Below, one piece after another: positions 57,634 through 64,000 of a DNA stretch of 64,000 nucleotides. The stretch lies in the NCBI GenBank assembly GCA_900555045.1, contig USJW01000003.1, forward strand, positions 5,189 through 69,188, in the 5' to 3' direction. How positions within the stretch are numbered: position 1 is the stretch's first letter; every line of letters starts with the position of its first letter. This stretch comes from an uncultured Clostridium sp. (lineage in GTDB: Bacteria; Bacillota; Clostridia; Lachnospirales; Lachnospiraceae). Made by a program: the position numbers and the translations under genes. The notes beneath the pieces are model-generated. The model saw nothing but the letters and a program-made list of their open reading frames with translations, was not told the origin of the DNA and searched no databases.

Positions 57634-58823
57634 AGCATGCCGGAGTACATGGAGTAAACCGGCATCATGACCGCTACCACGATACTTCCCACGATGAGCG
57701 CCATCACAATCATCATGAGCGGCTCCAAAAGCGCAATCATCTGTTCTAAGGCCTGCAGCGCTTCCTTCTCATAAAACGTCCCAACCTCCGCGAGCACCTG
57801 CTCCAGTCCGCCCGCCTCCTCACCCGCCATCACGGTGGAGATAAACACCGGCGGAAACAGCTTCTGCTTTTTAAGCGCCTGGGAGAGCAGATCTCCCTTT
57901 CGCAGATCCTGGCCCACCTGGGCAAGGCAGGCGCGCACACGGGTGTTTCCCATCACCGCCGCGGCGGCATCGATGCTGGCAAGAATACGGATTCCACTCC
58001 CATAGAGCATGGCGAAGGCGGAGGCAAAACGAGCGGTATAGATGATTGTGAGAAGAGGGCCGAGCACCGGCAGACACAGCAGCAGCCGGTCTACCTCCAA
58101 CCGGATGGATGGGACAGACAACAGCCAGGCTGCAAAGCCGGCAAACCCCAGACAGGCAAACAGAATCAGCATGCCCTGCGTTTTTAACAGGTCGCTGGCC
58201 TCCAAAAGGAAGCGCGTCAGAGCCGGAAGCTCGGCCCCGGTAAGGAGTGTGGTAAACTGAGGCAGCACCGTGGTCAGCATAAATATAGTTGAGAGCACGG
58301 TCACCGCCAGAAGGATGAGCGGGTACGTCATCGCGCTCTGTACCTTCTTTACAAGCTCCGCCTCCCGGCTGTAATGCGCGGCCATCTTTTCCATCATATG
58401 GTCCAGCGTGCCGCTGGCCTCGCCGGTCTCCACCATGCGCACCAGAAGATCCGGAAATGCGCCCTCCATCTCAGCCATCGCCTCGGACAGCGTCCTTCCC
58501 TTCTGCACGTTCTCATTGAGGCGGGTCAGAAGCCGCTTAAATCCCCGGTCCTGCGCGGCCTCCAGGCAGACAAATAACGCCTTGGACACCGGGATGCCGG
58601 CCGAGAGCATGACCGCCATCTGACGGCAGAAAGGCGGGATGAACGCTGGCTTTAGCCGGCCGGCGGACCGTCCCCGGCGCCCTGCCTCCACCTTGTCATA
58701 TTGATAGCAGTACAGGCCCTTTTGGCGGAGCAGCTCCAAAAGCGTCTGCTCGTCCACCGCCTCCATCACCCCCGCCCGCACTGTGCCGCCTGCTCCGCGC
58801 GCCTTATACCGGTAGCTCGCCAT
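57630..58823 (-). CDS. pilC: Type IV pilus platform protein PilC/GspF
   Basis: Y.YKA, FCRQ...ML.AG, GE.SG.LD, AMTYP and LEP; RBS aggagg. Confidence 0.93.
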   Translation of the reverse strand: MASYRYKARGAGGTVRAGVMEAVDEQTLLELLRQKGLYCYQYDKVEAGRRGRSAGRLKPAFIPPFCRQMAVMLSAGIPVSKALFVCLEAAQDRGFKRLLTRLNENVQKGRTLSEAMAEMEGAFPDLLVRMVETGEASGTLDHMMEKMAAHYSREAELVKKVQSAMTYPLILLAVTVLSTIFMLTTVLPQFTTLLTGAELPALTRFLLEASDLLKTQGMLILFACLGFAGFAAWLLSVPSIRLEVDRLLLCLPVLGPLLTIIYTARFASAFAMLYGSGIRILASIDAAAAVMGNTRVRACLAQVGQDLRKGDLLSQALKKQKLFPPVFISTVMAGEEAGGLEQVLAEVGTFYEKEALQALEQMIALLEPLMMIVMALIVGSIVVAVMMPVYSMYSGML

Positions 58824-58857
58824 CCGTCTTTCCTCCTGTTTCCATATCCAAACGTAG

Positions 58858-58895
58858 AAAAAAGGCCTTATCCGATGTTCTGATCAGATAAAGCC
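58858..58895 (-). terminator. Intrinsic terminator between the DUF4250 gene and pilC
   Basis: Minus strand ggctttatctgat / atcggataaggcc followed by TTTTTT. Confidence 0.75.
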
Positions 58896-58935
58896 GGGCA
58901 TTTGTCTCAAATACCATAACCTGACTACAAGCTTC

Positions 58936-59115
58936 TCAGCGGAATTGATTCCGATCCGGCTCATAGCGATAGCCGATTTCCGAAAGCGCGGACAAAATGT
59001 CCTGCTCCGGCACACCGGCGGACCGGCAAAATTCATCCAGCGAACTGTAATTGTCCCGCAACTGCGTATTCACATAACTCAACAAAATAACCGGGTCCTT
59101 TGGCAACGTGTTCAT
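58936..59115 (-). CDS. DUF4250-family small protein
   Basis: LPKDP.ILLSYVNTQLRD.Y.SLDE.C....L...GY.Y....NQF. Confidence 0.85.
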   Translation of the reverse strand: MNTLPKDPVILLSYVNTQLRDNYSSLDEFCRSAGVPEQDILSALSEIGYRYEPDRNQFR

Positions 59116-59269
59116 TCTCTTCCATTCCATCCTTCAATCGGTCAAATTCCGCCTCCCGCGGTTTGACATAATAGCACTATCACAATAAAATTATCGCTTT
59201 CATTTTTCATTGTCAAGTCTTCCTTAATTAAATTTGATGAAAATTTGCATATTACGGCCAAATGTCACC

Positions 59270-59312
59270 AAAAAAGGCGCGGTTCCAGCCATCTGCCGGG
59301 TTGCCGCGCCTT
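59270..59312 (-). terminator. clpB terminator
   Basis: aaggcgcgg / ccgcgcctt with an A-run at 59270-59275. Confidence 0.75.
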
Positions 59313-59330
59313 CTGTCTATCCAGTAATGA

Positions 59331-61922
<2,592 letters not shown>

Positions 61923-61980
61923 CACTCATTCCTCCTTTATGCGGAATCGTGTCATGTCATTGTCTCTTTGTTCTAGTCGT

Positions 61981-62023
61981 ACTATAACACGCTTTGTTAG
62001 CACTGTCAAGAGTCGAGTGCTAA
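61981..62023 (-). promoter_or_regulatory. CIRCE (HrcA operator) overlapping the clpB sigmaA promoter
   Basis: TTAGCACTG-N9-GAGTGCTAA at 61997-62023 (one mismatch to CIRCE); TTGACA(62009-62004)-N17-TATAGT(61986-61981). Confidence 0.92.
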
Positions 62024-62245
62024 TTTTTTGAATTTTCATTCCTGGGAGGGATCCGGCATCGCAGAGTTATGTTCAATTTGGGTTCCAATGCCGCAAATTC
62101 GTTTTATCGATTTGTTTTACTTATATATTATTCAATAATAATTAGATTTTCTAATTACTAATTTACCTATATTCCTTTTAATATAAACCATTTCAGTGGT
62201 AAAATAGGTTCGGTATTTTTAAGAAAATAGGGAGAAAATGAGATT

Positions 62246-62980
62246 ATGAACAGCAATCATTCCTGGTACATACAGGGAGCCCATGACGGAATTCCGATCG
62301 CCATGGGCTACCTTGCAGTTTCTTTTACATTGGGCATCGCCGCAAAAAATGTGGGGATGGAGGCCTTCCCGGCGGCGCTCATGTCCATCAGCAACCTGAC
62401 CTCCGCCGGCGAGTTCGCCGCGCTGGGGCTGATGACGGCTGGCGCCACCTACATGGAGATGGCGGGCGCGCAGCTGATCATCAACCTGCGCTACTTTCTG
62501 ATGTCCTGCGCCCTGTCCCAAAGGCTGCCGGAGGGACTGCCCTTCTTCCACCGCCTGCTGGTGTCGTACGGGGTGACGGATGAGATCTTCGGAATCTCAA
62601 TCGGCGCCGGGAAGTACCTAAACCCGTTCTACACGTACGGCGCCGTCAGTGTGGCCGCCCCGGCCTGGACGCTCGGCACATTTCTGGGCGTGGTCTCCGG
62701 CAGCGTGCTCCCGGACCGGATTCTCAGCGCGCTGAACGTGGCCCTGTACGGCATGTTCATCGCCGTGATCGTCCCGCCCGCCAGGAAGCAGAAGGTTCTG
62801 GCCAGCCTCATCGCCATGTCCATGGTCGCCAGCCTGCTCTTCACCTACCTGCCGGTGGTGAGCCAGATTTCGTCCGGCATGCGCATCATCCTGCTGACCG
62901 TGCTCATCGCGGGCGCCGGTGCAGTGCTGTTCCCGGTGGATGAGGAAAAACTTTCCAAGGAGGACTCCCATGAAGCATAA
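62246..62980 (+). CDS. azlC: AzlC-family branched-chain amino acid exporter permease
   Basis: GIPIAMGY, SAGEF, INLRY.LMS, TDEIF and AL.GMF. Confidence 0.9.
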   Translation: MNSNHSWYIQGAHDGIPIAMGYLAVSFTLGIAAKNVGMEAFPAALMSISNLTSAGEFAALGLMTAGATYMEMAGAQLIINLRYFLMSCALSQRLPEGLPFFHRLLVSYGVTDEIFGISIGAGKYLNPFYTYGAVSVAAPAWTLGTFLGVVSGSVLPDRILSALNVALYGMFIAVIVPPARKQKVLASLIAMSMVASLLFTYLPVVSQISSGMRIILLTVLIAGAGAVLFPVDEEKLSKEDSHEA

Positions 62981-63275
62981 CGTATATCTGTATATCCTTG
63001 CGATGGCGTCGGTCACCTATCTGATCCGCGTGCTGCCGCTCACGCTGATCCGAAAGCCCATCAAGAACCGCACCATCCGCTCCTTTTTATACTACGTGCC
63101 CTATGTCACGCTGGCGGTCATGACCTTCCCGTCCATCCTGTCCGCCACCTCCAGCCCCATCTCCGCGGCGGCGGGCTTCCTGGCCGCGATGGTCCTGGCC
63201 TACCGGGGCGCTGGACTGTTTAAGGTCGCCGTGGGGGCGTGCGGGTTCGTGTTCCTGCTGGAGCTGTTCATCTGA
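62970..63275 (+). CDS. azlD: AzlD-family small membrane protein
   Basis: TYLIRVLP and FL.YVPY..LA.M.FP; RBS aaggagg; overlaps azlC. Confidence 0.88.
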   Translation: MKHNVYLYILAMASVTYLIRVLPLTLIRKPIKNRTIRSFLYYVPYVTLAVMTFPSILSATSSPISAAAGFLAAMVLAYRGAGLFKVAVGACGFVFLLELFI

Positions 63276-63317
63276 CGGGAGGAATCCTGGCAGGAGGAAT
63301 CTCCGGTTCAAAACGCC

Positions 63318-63605
63318 TTACGGATAGACCGTCAGCTGGCCATCCTCCATCTGGTAGCGCAAAATCCGTGGTTCCCGGCTCTGGCCCTGAAAATCCGGCA
63401 TAACAGAGGCGGACTGTCCGGTTTGCTCTGCCGGGGCACCCGCGATCCGCTCCTCGTAGTAAAACGATGTGACCGCACCTATGCCCAGCAGCATAAGCAC
63501 TGCCCAGAACAGGGCGTTTTCGGCCATTCGCCCCAGAACGCGCTGCGCGCGCGGCCGTGGAACCGGTATATCGGTGGGAATCATCATAACATTGTCTCCG
63601 TCCAT
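63318..63605 (-). CDS. Hypothetical single-TM protein
   Basis: 95-aa ORF with one TM. Preceded by a sigmaE-like GCATA-N16-CATAGCCT (63649-63621) and aaagga. Confidence 0.45.
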   Translation of the reverse strand: MDGDNVMMIPTDIPVPRPRAQRVLGRMAENALFWAVLMLLGIGAVTSFYYEERIAGAPAEQTGQSASVMPDFQGQSREPRILRYQMEDGQLTVYP

Positions 63606-63670
63606 CTGTATCCTTTTTACAGGCTATGGACTTTTTTGTCCAATTATGCCGGCTGCACGCTGCAATCAAT

Positions 63671-63763
63671 GAAAGAGGGTGTCCCGGTATCTGCTGGCCA
63701 TCGCACACCTGTCCTCCTGACAGATGCGCTGCGGCCGGCTGATACCTGGAACACCCTCTTTTC
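63671..63763. repeat. Long imperfect inverted repeat (about 90 bp)
   Basis: gaaagagggtgtcccggtatctgctggcc..ctgtc / gacag..ggccggctgatacctggaacaccctcttttc. Confidence 0.8.
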
Positions 63764-63791
63764 TTGTAAAGACAGAGCTGTGCCGGTGAGC

Positions 63792-64000
63792 CTACTGGAG
63801 TCCAATCGCCTGGATGGTTCTCCCCGTCAGCGTGCCCTCGTAAATCACGGTGGCAGTGTCGCCCTCCTTCAGGCTGTCAAACATTCCCTTCTTGCCCACA
63901 AACGCGAAGAGGCTCTTATTCCGATCCGCTGTCTCTAGCACCACCGCGTTGTCGGAAATCTCCACCACCTTGCCGGTCAGCGCGTAAATATCGGCATCCG
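63792..64000 (-). CDS. 3' end of an unknown protein (beta-rich, OB-fold-like repeat); 5' part lies outside the window
   Basis: Manual translation: DADIYALTGKVVEISDNAVVLETADRNKSLFAFVGKKGMFDSLKEGDTATVIYEGTLTGRTIQAIGLQ*. Confidence 0.65.
   Translation of the reverse strand, partial: DADIYALTGKVVEISDNAVVLETADRNKSLFAFVGKKGMFDSLKEGDTATVIYEGTLTGRTIQAIGLQ

Noticed and set aside
58824..58935. c-di-GMP riboswitch upstream of pilC
   Set aside because: Neither class I nor class II consensus is recognisable.
59161..59216. Operator and promoter upstream of the DUF4250 gene (TGATAGTGCTATTA; TTGACA)
   Set aside because: The palindrome is short, the -10 spacing is poor, and I cannot assign a regulator.

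Overview
GC-rich chromosomal segment of an anaerobic, probably spore-forming Firmicute. The gene set and promoters suggest Clostridia/Lachnospiraceae (inference). Most genes are on the minus strand. I found no tRNA, rRNA, CRISPR array, prophage or intact IS. Contents in order: GH25-LysM hydrolase (partial); a sigma54/EBP-controlled dicarboxylate transporter plus LeuCD-like hydratase operon; arginase-fold, P1 peptidase and pRiA4b-SEC-C genes; flavin reductase-rubredoxin; ridA, cca and T-box-controlled proS; an orphan HipA-like kinase; a Fry/Ypd-like fructose-family PTS with two peptidases and a PatB/MalY lyase; ytvI, an ABC-F protein, an RluA-family gene, hemolysin III and GIY-YIG; a YdjIGH-like operon; an ABC exporter with a two-component system; ppk1, ppx, DUF815, pheA and plsC; cls; a type IV pilus locus; CIRCE-controlled clpB; azlCD. 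The strongest unexplained signal is a dense, orientation-structured cluster of about 14 DnaA boxes inside the RluA coding sequence (28672-29239). Other leads: the peptidase/lyase-linked PTS, the kinase abutting the proS promoter, pilD lying antisense inside the pilus operon, two structured 5' leaders, a 3x61-bp REP-like array, and a Ppx with both catalytic Glu replaced by Gln next to a PPK1 with a histone-like tail. Many start codons were re-chosen from RBS and gene-overlap evidence. All family calls come from recognising motifs by eye; no database searches were run.
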